From NCBI GenBank assembly GCA_965116025.1, contig OZ220480.1, positions 1,280,001 to 1,344,000 on the forward strand: DNA of 64,000 nt. Direction: 5' to 3'. Each line of letters begins with the position of its first letter. Positions within the stretch are counted from its first letter, which is position 1. Under the pieces are notes generated by a model that searched no databases, was not told the origin of the DNA, and was given only the letters and a program-made list of their open reading frames with translations. Made by a program: the position numbers and the translations under genes. This document shows positions 20,473 to 30,704 of this stretch, piece after piece. Source of the stretch: an uncultured candidatus Porisulfidus sp. Lineage in GTDB: Bacteria > Pseudomonadota > Gammaproteobacteria > Poriferisulfidales > Poriferisulfidaceae.

Positions 20473-23400
20473 ATGACCAAGAGCCTTTCCGTTTTCGAGA
20501 TTCGCGCCGCGCTTCGCGGGGCCTCGTCGTCTTCCTGCATAGGGGGGGGGGGGGGGGGGGGGGGGGCATAGCCTCCGTTTCCTGACCGTTCTGGCCGGAT
20601 TCACGGCCTTTCTCGCGGTTCCGCACACCGCCGTCGCGGTAGATGAGTGCGGTGCTACCAGCGCGGTCACCTGCGGCGACGCGAGTTACACGTCCACCAG
20701 CGACTCCCCGATCAAGTATCAGGATAAGACCGGGGGTCTGACCTTGACCGTGAAGCCTACCGGGGCGGGCACGGTCACCATCACCGCCTCGGCGCTTCCC
20801 ACGAGCGCGAGCGCGGCGTTCCCGGGGATCCACCTGAACGGACACGGAACCCTGAAAGTCGTTCTGGATGGCGCCGTGAAAGTCGTGAACGGGGCGACCC
20901 GTACGACGGTGGAGGCCACGTTTGGGGACGGGAAGGAGACGTTCATCGACCCGGCTTACAAGCGCGGCTCGCAAAACGACGGGGTGTACGTGGCGTACGA
21001 CAAGGACGACGAGACGGCGACGGGCATGGTGGAGGTGATGGTGGGGAAGGACGCGATGATCGGGAGCGCGACGGCGCCGGCGGGACGGTACGGGGTTCAC
21101 GCCGCGTTCGTGGACGCGGACGGCGGCGGTACCAATTATCCGGCCGGGAAGATCAAGGTGACGAACGCGGGGGAGGTTTACGGACATTACGCGGGGATTT
21201 ACGCGAAGCACGAAGGAAAGGGCGATATCGAGATCGAGACGTTGGAGGGGAGCGTGACGTCGATGGGGATCCGGGCGATCTCGAACACGGATGATCGGAA
21301 CGGTCGGGGCGGGAATATCACCATTCGTCATCATGGCACGATCATGGTCAAGAATCCGGTTCGGTACGCGAAGCTGATCACGGCGGGCGTGGCCACGCCG
21401 CTGGATGAAGACTTGGCGACCAGCAGTAGCCGGAACAGAGGCGGGATATTCGTTTGGCATCGAGACAAGACGAGGAACACCGTCGCGAAGGAGGTCAGCA
21501 GCTCGATCCTGATCGAGTCGAGCGGCGACATCGATGTCGTCGCCGATCCGGTGCATAGCATTGACGTGAACGGGATCATGGTGGTGACGTATGGGAACGA
21601 AAATCCCAACGAAAATTCCGTGGTTCCGGTGACGGTCGACGTGACGGGAGGGACGATCACGGCGGGCGACCAGGGAGGAACCAAGCCGGGGTCTGGAGTT
21701 TACGTTTATTCCTATGGTCACGCCGGCGGGCTCATCAAGGTGGACTTCGCGGGCGAGATCGCCCGGACGGGCGGTGCGGGAGACGGGATCCGCATTTACC
21801 ATGAAAGCGATATCGCCGATGTCAATGGGGATGTCGAGGTGACGCTGAAGTCCGGGGCGCGGATCGGGATGGAGGGGGACGAGCCGACCGTGGGCCGGCA
21901 TGGCGTGTCGGTTGATCAGAGAGTTGATGGCGGGGCGACCAAGGTGACGGTTTCCGAAGGGGCGCGGATCGGAACCGAGGGGACTCCGGTCGGCGGGCAC
22001 GGCGTGTACGCCATATCCGACTCCCCTGACGATGAGGGCGCCATCACGATCACCAACGAGGGCTTCATCCACGCGAAGGGCTCGGGAGTGGCCACCTTGC
22101 ATCTGGGCTGGGACGATATGGTCGTGATGCACCTGAAAGGGGAGATCGTCGCGGGCGACGGGCCCGATATCCTTGATCCGTTCAAGGGGGATGACAAGAC
22201 GAAGCTGGCGGACCTGAAAGGCAGGACCGCCGGCATCCTCGCCGTTCATTTGAGCTCGCAGCCCAAGCCGCTTCCCGGCAAGAGTATCAGCAATACCGAT
22301 CCCTCCACCTACGAGTCCGACATTGGGGAGATCAAGATCACGTCGAAGGCGGACATCACGTCGAAGGGCGACGGGATTCTCGCCTACGTGAAAGACTTTG
22401 ACGATGTGGGGGCCAGGAGCCCCAAGATGAGAGTCCCGATCACGATCGACGTTGCGGGCGGGACGATCACGGCGGACGGGCATGGCGTCTACGCGGAGAC
22501 GGCCACCATCTACCAGGGCACCTACGCGGGGACGGAGACCACCTACGACGACGCGACGAAAGCCGGGAGGATCGAGGTCACGGTAGGCGAGATGGCGACG
22601 ATCCGGGCCAAGAAGGACGGGGTGCATGTCAAGGGGATGCGGACGTTCGCGTCCGACCACGCCAGGAAGGGGCAATACGACCAGACGGTCACCATCAACG
22701 GCAAGGTGATGGGCGGCGCTGGCGAGCATGCTGGCGTTCGGATGGTGAATGGCGGGACGCTGGTGATCGGGCCGAAGGCGGAGATCGGCGCGATGTCGGG
22801 GATCGCGGTGAGCGCGGACAAGGCGCTGCAGGTCACTCTGAAGGAGAACGAGCATGGGCAGATCGCGTTCGTCATGGGGAAATTCCTGAACAGTGGAGAG
22901 GACGCGCCGAACGTCTTCCAGCGCGAGTCGACGGCCGGCATGGCGAAGACGATAGCCGTGGGGGACGCGGTGAAGGCGACGTCGGGGAAGACGGGGACGC
23001 ATGGGGTGTATGACGCGGTGTTCGAGCGGATGGTCACGCTGAAGTCGATCACGGGGGGGCACCAGTTCGAGGCGGGCGCGGAGAAGGAGATCAGCCGGAC
23101 GTACCATGCCCGGGCTCGGGTGTACGAGGCGTTGCCGTCGGTGCTGCTGGAGATGAGCGCGCCGGGTGGTCGTCAGGCGCGTTTGTCGGCGACGCGAGAC
23201 GGCGGGGGCGCGTGGGCTCGGGTCTTGGCGAGCGACGGCGAGCGGGAGGCGGATATGTCCACGACGGAGATGGACGATGCGGGTCGCGCGCTGTCTTGGG
23301 ACTTCGAGCGCTGGGGCGTGGAGACGGGCTTCGTCGTTCCCACGGACGCGCCGGGGCTGATGCTGGGCGTGAGCGCGCATTACCGCGACGGCGAGGCGGA

Positions 23401-24007
23401 CGTCGCGCGTGGCGGGAAGATCGAGGTCTCGGGCGTGGGCGTCGGGGCATCGGCGACCTGGCGGGGGGAGGACGGCTGGTACGCGGACGGGGAGCTCTCG
23501 TACACGCGTTTCGAGGATGTCGATTTGAGCTCGGAGACTCGGGGGATGGTGGCGTCCGGTCTGGACGGAGAGGGTCACGCGATCGGCGTGGAGATCGGCA
23601 GGCGCATGGAGATGGACGGCCTGGCGGTGATCCCGCGCGGGGGGCTGACCTGGTCGTCGGTGGACATGGACGATTTCGCCGACGTGTCGGGCGTGGCCGG
23701 AAGCGGTCGAGTGGAGTTCAGCTCGGAGGACAGCCTCAGGGCGCGGATCGGGGCGTTATTGGAGAACGGCCAGACGTACGCGTCTTTGGACGTGGAGCAT
23801 GAATTGTCGGAGGATCGCGCCGTGATGGCGTCGGGGACGCGGCTGGTATCGGAGGCGGAGTCGACGTGGGCGCGAGTTGGCGTTGGGGGCGTGATGACGC
23901 TGGACGCGCAAGGGGAGTCGACGCTATCGGGGGAGGCGCATTACGCGGCGTCGGATGGCGATAATCACGATTACGGCGCGAGCGTTCTGCTGAAGGTTCG
24001 CTTCTGA
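20473..24007 (+). CDS. autotransporter/adhesin; 5' end out of frame at a poly-G tract in this sequence
   Basis: Gly/Thr/Val-rich beta-helix-like passenger; C-terminal beta-barrel ending ASVLLKVRF; the signal peptide is split by G25 at 20542-20566 and the downstream frame is open from 20567 to 24007. Confidence 0.85.
20542..20566 (+). repeat. G25 homopolymer (simple-sequence contingency tract)
   Basis: 25 consecutive G read directly. Confidence 0.9.
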
Positions 24008-24020
24008 CCGACTTGTGATC

Positions 24021-24060
24021 GCGGCCCCGGCGTTCAAGCCGGGGCCGCGCGCCTTTTCTT
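24021..24060 (+). terminator. intrinsic terminator after autotransporter
   Basis: Stem GCGGCCCCGGC / GCCGGGGCCGC with GTTCAA loop, followed by a T-rich stretch. Confidence 0.7.
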
Positions 24061-24162
24061 ATTTCGCTAGTAACCGATTGGATCTTTCTGTGGGTTCAAC
24101 AGAGATGGCGAGATTCCCAACTCTCTCCCGCGAGCGTTCGCGGTTCGTTTCCCGTTGATGCA

Positions 24163-25836
24163 TCAAGTCCGTCTTCGGATTTTCTCCCAAGCGTCCCGCA
24201 GGTTCACCGTGCGATTGAAAATTAGATGATCCGGGGCGGATTCCGTGTCTTGGCAAAAATAGCCCTGTCTCTCGAACTGGACCCGCGCGCGCGTTGGCAG
24301 GCGACGAATCTCCGGCTCGATTCGACACCCGAGCATATCGATTCGGGAGTGTTCATTAAGCGCGGCCGTCAGGTCGGCTTCGGCCGCCGGGTCGGGAACT
24401 TTGAACAAGCGGTCGTATAACCGAATCTCGGAGGGCACGGCATGCTCGACCGCAACCCAATGTAGCGTTCCGCGAACCTTGCGTCCATCCGGCGAATCTC
24501 CCCCGCGCGTTTCCGGGTCGTAGACGCAGCGCAGGGCGACGATATCGCCATTGGCGTTCCGCTCGACTTCTTGGCAGGTGATGAAATAGGCGTATCGCAG
24601 GCGGACCTCCCGGCCCGGCGCGAGGCGGAAGAATTTCTTCGGCGGATTCTCCAGAAAATCGGATCGCTCGATGTAAATCTCGCGCCCGAACGGAATCTTG
24701 CGTACGCCCATGGCGGGATCGTTCGGGTGGTTGGGCGCCGTCAGCATTTCGGTCTCGCCCTCTGGGTAGTTGGTCAGAACGACTCGAATCGGGTCAAGAA
24801 CCGCCATCAGGCGCCGCGCTCGTGCGTTCAAGGCATGCCGTATGCTGTCTTCCAGCACGTTCATGGCGATCCGGCTGTCTTTCTTGGTCACGCCGATCGC
24901 CTCGCAGAAGTTCCGGATCGATTCCGGCGTGTAACCGCGGCGGCGAAGGCCACGCAGAGTTGGCAAGCGCGGGTCGTCCCAGCCATCCACATGTCCGTCT
25001 TGGACCAGTCGCTGCAACAGGCGCTTGCTGACCACGGTGTACTCCAGAGACAGGCGAGAAAACTCGATCTGCTGGGGGTGGCAAGGAACGTCCAGATGGT
25101 CGAGGATCCAGTCGTATAGCAGGCGGTGATCCTCGAACTCAAGCGTGCACAGGGAATGGGTTATGCCCTCCAGAGAATCGGATAGACAGTGGGTGAAGTC
25201 GTACATAGGATAGATCGACCAGGCGTTCCCTGTTCGATGATGCCGTTGCCGGCGGATTCGGTACAGAACAGGATCACGCATATTGATGTTGTCGGAGTCC
25301 ATGCTGATGCGCGCCCGTAGCACATGCGCTCCCTCAGGAAACTCGCCCGCTCGCATGCGCGCGAACAGATCCAGATTTTCCTTGACGCCGCGACCGCGAT
25401 AAGGGCTTTCAATCCCCGGCTCCGTCAACGTGCCACGGGTTTTCCGGATGGTCTCGCCGTCTTGGCTGTCGATATAGGCGTGCCCGTTGCGGATCAGGTC
25501 CACCGCGTATTCGTGCAGCTGGTCGAAATAGTCCGAGGCGTGGAGCAGATTCCGCCATTCGTAGCCCAGCCAGCGCACGTCCTCCTCAATCGCGTAGGCG
25601 TATTCGGCTTCTTCTTTTTCGGGATTGGTGTCGTCGAAACGCAAGTTGCAGTGTCCGTCGAAAGACTCCGCCATGTCGAAGTTCAGGCAGATGGACTTGG
25701 CGTGTCCAATATGCAGGTATCCGTTCGGCTCCGGTGGGAACCGGGTGACGACTCGCGCGCATTCGCCCGAGTCCAAGTCTTCTTTGATAAGCCGCCGGAT
25801 GAAGTGGGTTTTCGACGGGGATTCCGATTCTGGCAT
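24163..25836 (-). CDS. glnS: glutamine--tRNA ligase
   Basis: TRFPPEPNGYLHIGHAKSI, RFDDTNP, IYPMYDF, VVSKR, QFERQGYF; start taken at MPESES. Confidence 0.97.
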   Translation of the reverse strand: MPESESPSKTHFIRRLIKEDLDSGECARVVTRFPPEPNGYLHIGHAKSICLNFDMAESFDGHCNLRFDDTNPEKEEAEYAYAIEEDVRWLGYEWRNLLHASDYFDQLHEYAVDLIRNGHAYIDSQDGETIRKTRGTLTEPGIESPYRGRGVKENLDLFARMRAGEFPEGAHVLRARISMDSDNINMRDPVLYRIRRQRHHRTGNAWSIYPMYDFTHCLSDSLEGITHSLCTLEFEDHRLLYDWILDHLDVPCHPQQIEFSRLSLEYTVVSKRLLQRLVQDGHVDGWDDPRLPTLRGLRRRGYTPESIRNFCEAIGVTKKDSRIAMNVLEDSIRHALNARARRLMAVLDPIRVVLTNYPEGETEMLTAPNHPNDPAMGVRKIPFGREIYIERSDFLENPPKKFFRLAPGREVRLRYAYFITCQEVERNANGDIVALRCVYDPETRGGDSPDGRKVRGTLHWVAVEHAVPSEIRLYDRLFKVPDPAAEADLTAALNEHSRIDMLGCRIEPEIRRLPTRARVQFERQGYFCQDTESAPDHLIFNRTVNLRDAWEKIRRRT

Positions 25837-25883
25837 GGAAAGCAAGGGCTGGGGTTTGGCTATTTTAGCGGCAGGGCGCGCGA

Positions 25884-27239
25884 TCACTTCGTCGCGTCCG
25901 TCGGTTTGGCATCGGTCACTTTCGCCGAGATCGAGCCGTCGGCAACGCGCAGATCAAAAGCGTCGCCGACGCGGGCTTGCCCGGCCTCGCGAATTATCTT
26001 AGGGCCGTTTGGAGTCTTCAGGGTGGCGATCGCGTAGCCGCGCTCAAGCGTCCGTAATGGACTGACGGCTTCCAGCGTTCCGCTGGCCTGATCCAGTCTC
26101 GCCCGCAAGGCCTGACGCAGATTTCTCGATGCCGCGTCGAGTCGCCATTGGTATTGCTGGGCAGCGCGCTCCAATTCGTCGAGACGAGTCTTTGGCGAGC
26201 AGGAGAGCAAGCGGCGATGAGACAGGGTCAATCGATGTGATCGTCGTTCCACATGTCGCCGCGGCGCCTGGACCAGGCGTTCGAAGATTTCATCCAGTCG
26301 TTGCTGGTGTCCTTGAATTTTGGCCGCCGGGTGGGCTAGGTCAAGCCGGTGGGATAGATGGTCCAAGGCTTGTTGGGCCTGCTTTAATCGCGCACTGAGA
26401 AGGCTGTGGATCCGTGCCAGAAATCGCTCGCTTCGCTGTTTCAGCGCAGCGACGTCTGGGCTCGCCAGTTCGGCCGCGGCGGTCGGGGTGGCGGCCCGGA
26501 CATCGGCCGCGAGATCTGCCAGCGAAGTGTCGGTCTCGTGGCCGACTCCGGTAATCAGTGGAATCTCGCAGGCGGCCACCGCTCGTACGACCATCTCGTC
26601 GCTGAACGCCAGCAAATCCTCAAGACTGCCGCCGCCGCGAGCCAGAATCAGCACATCGCAACGATTGTCCCGACAAGCGAGATTCAAGGCCCGGACCAGA
26701 GTGGCGGGAGCTCCTTCTCCTTGGACTCTCGACGGGTACACAAGGAGCCGGGCGACCGGCCAGCGACGCCGCAAGGCTCGCGCCACATCCCGCAAGGCCG
26801 CGCCATCGCTGGAAGTGACCACACCAATCGTCATGGGGTAGGGGGGAAGAGGGAGTTTTCGATCCGAATCGAACAGCCCCTCATCCCTAAGCCTGATCCT
26901 CATCTCTTCCAGGCGCCGTAGCAACTCTCCCCGTCCCTCCGGCTTCATGTCCTCAATGACGAGCTGGTAGGTGCCTCGCTGCACATACAGATCGACCCGA
27001 GCCATCACCTGGACGGCATCCCCATCCTTAGGGTCGAACGCAACCCGCTGATTCTGGGTCTGGAACATGGCGCAACGGATCTCCGAGGCCGAGTCCTTAA
27101 GGGTGAAATACCAGTGGCCGGACGCGTATCGCCTTAGGCCGCTGATTTCCCCGCGCACGACGACCTCCGAGAAGTTTTCCAGCAATAACGCGCGAACCCG
27201 CTGGTTTATTTCTGCGACGGTATAGACGGAATCGGACAT
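25884..27239 (-). CDS. xseA: exodeoxyribonuclease VII large subunit
   Basis: SGHWYFTLKD, RGGGSLEDL, GVGHETD, TPTAAAE, LERGYA. Confidence 0.96.
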   Translation of the reverse strand: MSDSVYTVAEINQRVRALLLENFSEVVVRGEISGLRRYASGHWYFTLKDSASEIRCAMFQTQNQRVAFDPKDGDAVQVMARVDLYVQRGTYQLVIEDMKPEGRGELLRRLEEMRIRLRDEGLFDSDRKLPLPPYPMTIGVVTSSDGAALRDVARALRRRWPVARLLVYPSRVQGEGAPATLVRALNLACRDNRCDVLILARGGGSLEDLLAFSDEMVVRAVAACEIPLITGVGHETDTSLADLAADVRAATPTAAAELASPDVAALKQRSERFLARIHSLLSARLKQAQQALDHLSHRLDLAHPAAKIQGHQQRLDEIFERLVQAPRRHVERRSHRLTLSHRRLLSCSPKTRLDELERAAQQYQWRLDAASRNLRQALRARLDQASGTLEAVSPLRTLERGYAIATLKTPNGPKIIREAGQARVGDAFDLRVADGSISAKVTDAKPTDATK

Positions 27240-27301
27240 GGAAGGAGGGCTTTTCTTTCAGGGAATTGTAGGCCATATGCTAAAATTCTCACCCGAAATG
27301 A

Positions 27302-27378
<77 letters not shown>

Positions 27379-27552
27379 CCGAGGCTAGCCTTTGACGATG
27401 GGGCACCGATTTCCCCGCTCCCGGTTCATAGCGGAGAGGGACGGTCGCTGACACATTGCCCAGTTGGCGACGACGGCATGGGAAACGCCCCTGATGGCTA
27501 TGATTGCCGTGATATGCTTCGTGCGGCGTAGCGCAAAGATGGACATACCATC

Positions 27553-28899
27553 ATGGATCTGATCAGTCTCAAGAACTTTCGTTGCTTTCACGACGAACAG
27601 GAAGCTCGCCTCGCGCCGCTGACCTTGCTCGTCGGCGACAACAGCACGGGAAAAACGTCCTTGATGGCCATGATTCGGGTGCTTTGCGAAGTGGCCTACT
27701 CGGACAGGATTCCCAATTTCAAGGAAGAACCCTACGATCTTGGAGGTTTTGACGATATCGTCCACTACCGTGGACCGCGAGGCGGACGAACTGATTCGTT
27801 CAAAGCGGGGTTTGAGACGAAACCCAATCATTCCCGTGGCAGTTCGTTCCGCTTCTCTGTCGTCTTTAAGCGCGGTGAGGGAGGTCCTATTCCTGTTCGG
27901 CGGCATCTGTTACGGAACGGTATTTGGTTCGAGGAGAACCAGGAAAAGAAAGAATTTTTGGAGTTTCGAATCGGAACCTCCAGGGGCTCATGGAAATTCG
28001 CGCTCCCGGCAAGGTATGCTTCCTCGTCTTCGAACCTTTCCGTAATGTGGCCGTTTGGTTTCGCGTTACGGTATTACAGATATCGGGATGATAATGGCCT
28101 GCGATGTACGCCTTTGAAAGGCTCTCCCGAATTCACTGAACAGGATTTGAATGAAGCCAGAAAAGTAGTCGCTGGATCCGTTAGTAGCGTGTATCGCCCT
28201 CACTTTCTCAGGGTGCCTTACGCGAGCGCGCCGGTCCGTTCTAAACCGCGTCGCACGTATGATCCGGCGCAGGTCGTATCTGATCCCCAAGGCGATTATG
28301 TCCCGATGTATCTCGCGAACATGTACATTCGGGACAAGGATCGGTGGCTGTCTCTGAAGAATGCGCTGGAGGGCTTTGGACGCGCCTCTGGCTTGTTCGA
28401 CGAAATTGATATCAAGCAATTAGGGAAGAGAGAGAACGAGCCTTTTCAGTTGCAGATCAGAAAATTCAGCGGGAGATTGAAAGGTCCTCCGCGCAATATG
28501 ATTGATGTTGGCTATGGCATAAGCCAAGTGTTGCCAGTGATTACCGAATTGTTGCGTCCTGACGCGCCATCAATGTTTCTTCTGCAACAACCTGAGGTTC
28601 ACCTCCACCCAAGCGCTCAAGCTGCCCTCGGGAGCTTTTTCTGCGAGATCGCTCAACCAAACCGTCAAATTTTCGTCGAGACCCATAGCGATCATCTGCT
28701 GGATCGCGTGCGTACGGACGTGCGCGATGGAAAGGGAAAGCTGAAGCCTGACGATGTGTCGATTCTCTACTTCGAGCGCAATAAGCTGGATGTTCGTATC
28801 CATTCGCTGATGCTGGATCAAGAAGGAAACGTTCTGAACGCGCCGCAAGGCTATCGCAGGTTTTTCTTGGAAGAAACGAAACGGTCGTTGGGCCTCTGA
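27553..28899 (+). CDS. ABC/AAA_21-type ATPase (DUF3696-like C-terminus)
   Basis: LKNFRCF, Walker A GDNSTGKT, signature VGYGISQVLP, QQPEVHLHP, VETHSDH. Confidence 0.88.
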   Translation: MDLISLKNFRCFHDEQEARLAPLTLLVGDNSTGKTSLMAMIRVLCEVAYSDRIPNFKEEPYDLGGFDDIVHYRGPRGGRTDSFKAGFETKPNHSRGSSFRFSVVFKRGEGGPIPVRRHLLRNGIWFEENQEKKEFLEFRIGTSRGSWKFALPARYASSSSNLSVMWPFGFALRYYRYRDDNGLRCTPLKGSPEFTEQDLNEARKVVAGSVSSVYRPHFLRVPYASAPVRSKPRRTYDPAQVVSDPQGDYVPMYLANMYIRDKDRWLSLKNALEGFGRASGLFDEIDIKQLGKRENEPFQLQIRKFSGRLKGPPRNMIDVGYGISQVLPVITELLRPDAPSMFLLQQPEVHLHPSAQAALGSFFCEIAQPNRQIFVETHSDHLLDRVRTDVRDGKGKLKPDDVSILYFERNKLDVRIHSLMLDQEGNVLNAPQGYRRFFLEETKRSLGL

Positions 28900-28901
28900 T
28901 C

Positions 28902-29375
28902 GTGTGCGCCATCGTCGACGCGAATGTGGTCGGGGAGATGTTTGGGCATGATAAATCAGAGGCGGGCAGGAAATTTTTCGAGTGGCTTGACAGTGGCAAG
29001 GGGATTTTGGTTGCTGGTGGCAAAGTATCCGAGGAACTCGGTCAATCAGAACAGTTTCGGGAATGGGCGCGAAGCGCGCTTCTTGCAGGACAGGGACAAT
29101 TGCGGATTATGGATAAGGAGGCTGTGGTAAGGCGGACAGAAGAGATCAAGAAAGAGGGCACGTGCCGGTCTGATGGCCCGCACGTTCTCGCCTTGGCGCA
29201 AATCAGCGGGGCTCGTTTGCTGTACTCGAACGACCGGGACCTGCACCAAGACTTCAGGGACAAGGCTTTGGTAGACAATCCGCGCGGAAAAATTTATTCG
29301 ACGCTGAATAGTGGAGCACTGACGAAATCCCATAGGGAGTTGCTCGCGAAAAAAGATCTTTGCCGCTCCAAATGA
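28902..29375 (+). CDS. PIN-domain protein
   Basis: IVDANV..SDGPHVLALA..LLYSNDRDL; starts 2 bp after the ATPase stop. Confidence 0.75.
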   Translation: MCAIVDANVVGEMFGHDKSEAGRKFFEWLDSGKGILVAGGKVSEELGQSEQFREWARSALLAGQGQLRIMDKEAVVRRTEEIKKEGTCRSDGPHVLALAQISGARLLYSNDRDLHQDFRDKALVDNPRGKIYSTLNSGALTKSHRELLAKKDLCRSK

Positions 29376-29468
29376 TGTGTGGGTCCTCGCTATTGGAAAA
29401 GGCGAAGCCCGTCGACCAAGCGGATGCGGAATTCAAGCGTGATCATTGAGCGAGAAGCAGGCGCTCGG

Positions 29469-30704
29469 GTGAGCGCATATGCAGTGGAATCCTCCTTTGG
29501 CTGGCTGGATCTAGACGAGAATGCCAGCGAACGAGTGAGCGAGTTGCTCCGCTCGCTCGAAGAGCCGACGACTCTCGACGTTCTTGGCTTGGGCGTTATT
29601 CGCGACGTTTTCTCGACGAAGCTGAGTCCGGGCACGTCGACGATCCAGACCCGGCTCCGTTATTTTATTTTTCTGCCGTGGATCTTCCGACGGATCGAGA
29701 TCGAGCGCGTCGCTCCGGGCGATTTCACCGACAGGCTCCACCGCGATGAGGCAAGGCTCATAGATCGTCTCCGGCATCTCGGCCAAAATCAAGGGGTGAT
29801 TGGTTACAGCGCGGGAAGGAGCCTCAAGCGAATGCCGAGCGCGGTCTATTGGGGCGGACTGGGCTCTTGGGGCGTTCGAAGGCTTGACCTCAGTCTCACC
29901 GAGTATGGCAAGCGAGCGTTCGCTGTCGGGCGAATCCGGGACGAGCGCGATGACGATGGAGACGTAACGAAGCGACCCGTGTCAATGTGGTCGGCCAGCC
30001 CTCCATTACCTGAGGATTTTCTGTGGGAGGACCTCACCTTTGATCTTGAGCGCGAAGAGGCTTGGTTCTTGGCTGACCATATCCGGCGGCACCATCCTGA
30101 TTCCTTGCTAGCGGCCTTGTGCGGCATATCGAGCCGAGAATGCGACGTTCCCTATCCGTGGGATTTGTCGACGCGCGTGCTGTCCGCGCTACCCAATTCT
30201 CTCACGGAGACACTGCGCCACGCCCGTTGTTTTTCGGAATTAACCCTTGGACCTCAACTCGTCTACAACATGCTTCTCGCGCGAAAGGCGAGAAACGAGC
30301 TCGGATGGGACACGGATGCCTTGGAAGTGGACCAGCGTGACGGTCTCCACGAATGGGGACTGTTGATTCGCGACCGACATGAAGCGCTACGCTCTTGGGT
30401 TGACGACCTCCCAGAGTTTTGGCGTATCTTGGCTGGGTGCCGCGTCGGGGCCGCTACCAGGGATTTCGTGGGGGAAATGGTCCGACGCGCTGTGGACGAT
30501 CCAGATGGATTTCCTGAAGACCGTCGGGTCCATGTGCTGATCCGCCATCGTGAGCTTTTGCTCAAGGGGAAGCGAGCCCGGCTGACCCAACGGACGGCAT
30601 TGGAAAAATGGAACCAAAAGCCTATGGGGCTTCAGCTTGACTACCGATGGCCCATCACCAAAAGCTATCTCGCGGATCTCGCCGCGGCTGGATTGGAAGC
30701 TTGA
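29469..30704 (+). CDS. DUF6361-like protein
   Basis: FGWLD, DVLGLGVIRDVFS..LSPGTSTIQTRLRYFIFLPW, GVIG, PSAVYWGGL, LDYRW; start GTG 29469 is estimated. Confidence 0.75.
   Translation: MSAYAVESSFGWLDLDENASERVSELLRSLEEPTTLDVLGLGVIRDVFSTKLSPGTSTIQTRLRYFIFLPWIFRRIEIERVAPGDFTDRLHRDEARLIDRLRHLGQNQGVIGYSAGRSLKRMPSAVYWGGLGSWGVRRLDLSLTEYGKRAFAVGRIRDERDDDGDVTKRPVSMWSASPPLPEDFLWEDLTFDLEREEAWFLADHIRRHHPDSLLAALCGISSRECDVPYPWDLSTRVLSALPNSLTETLRHARCFSELTLGPQLVYNMLLARKARNELGWDTDALEVDQRDGLHEWGLLIRDRHEALRSWVDDLPEFWRILAGCRVGAATRDFVGEMVRRAVDDPDGFPEDRRVHVLIRHRELLLKGKRARLTQRTALEKWNQKPMGLQLDYRWPITKSYLADLAAAGLEA

Noticed and set aside
19946-23578. 1210-aa minus-strand ORF with a poly-Pro run
   Set aside because: Antisense shadow of the autotransporter caused by GC codon bias; the poly-Pro is the complement of the G tract
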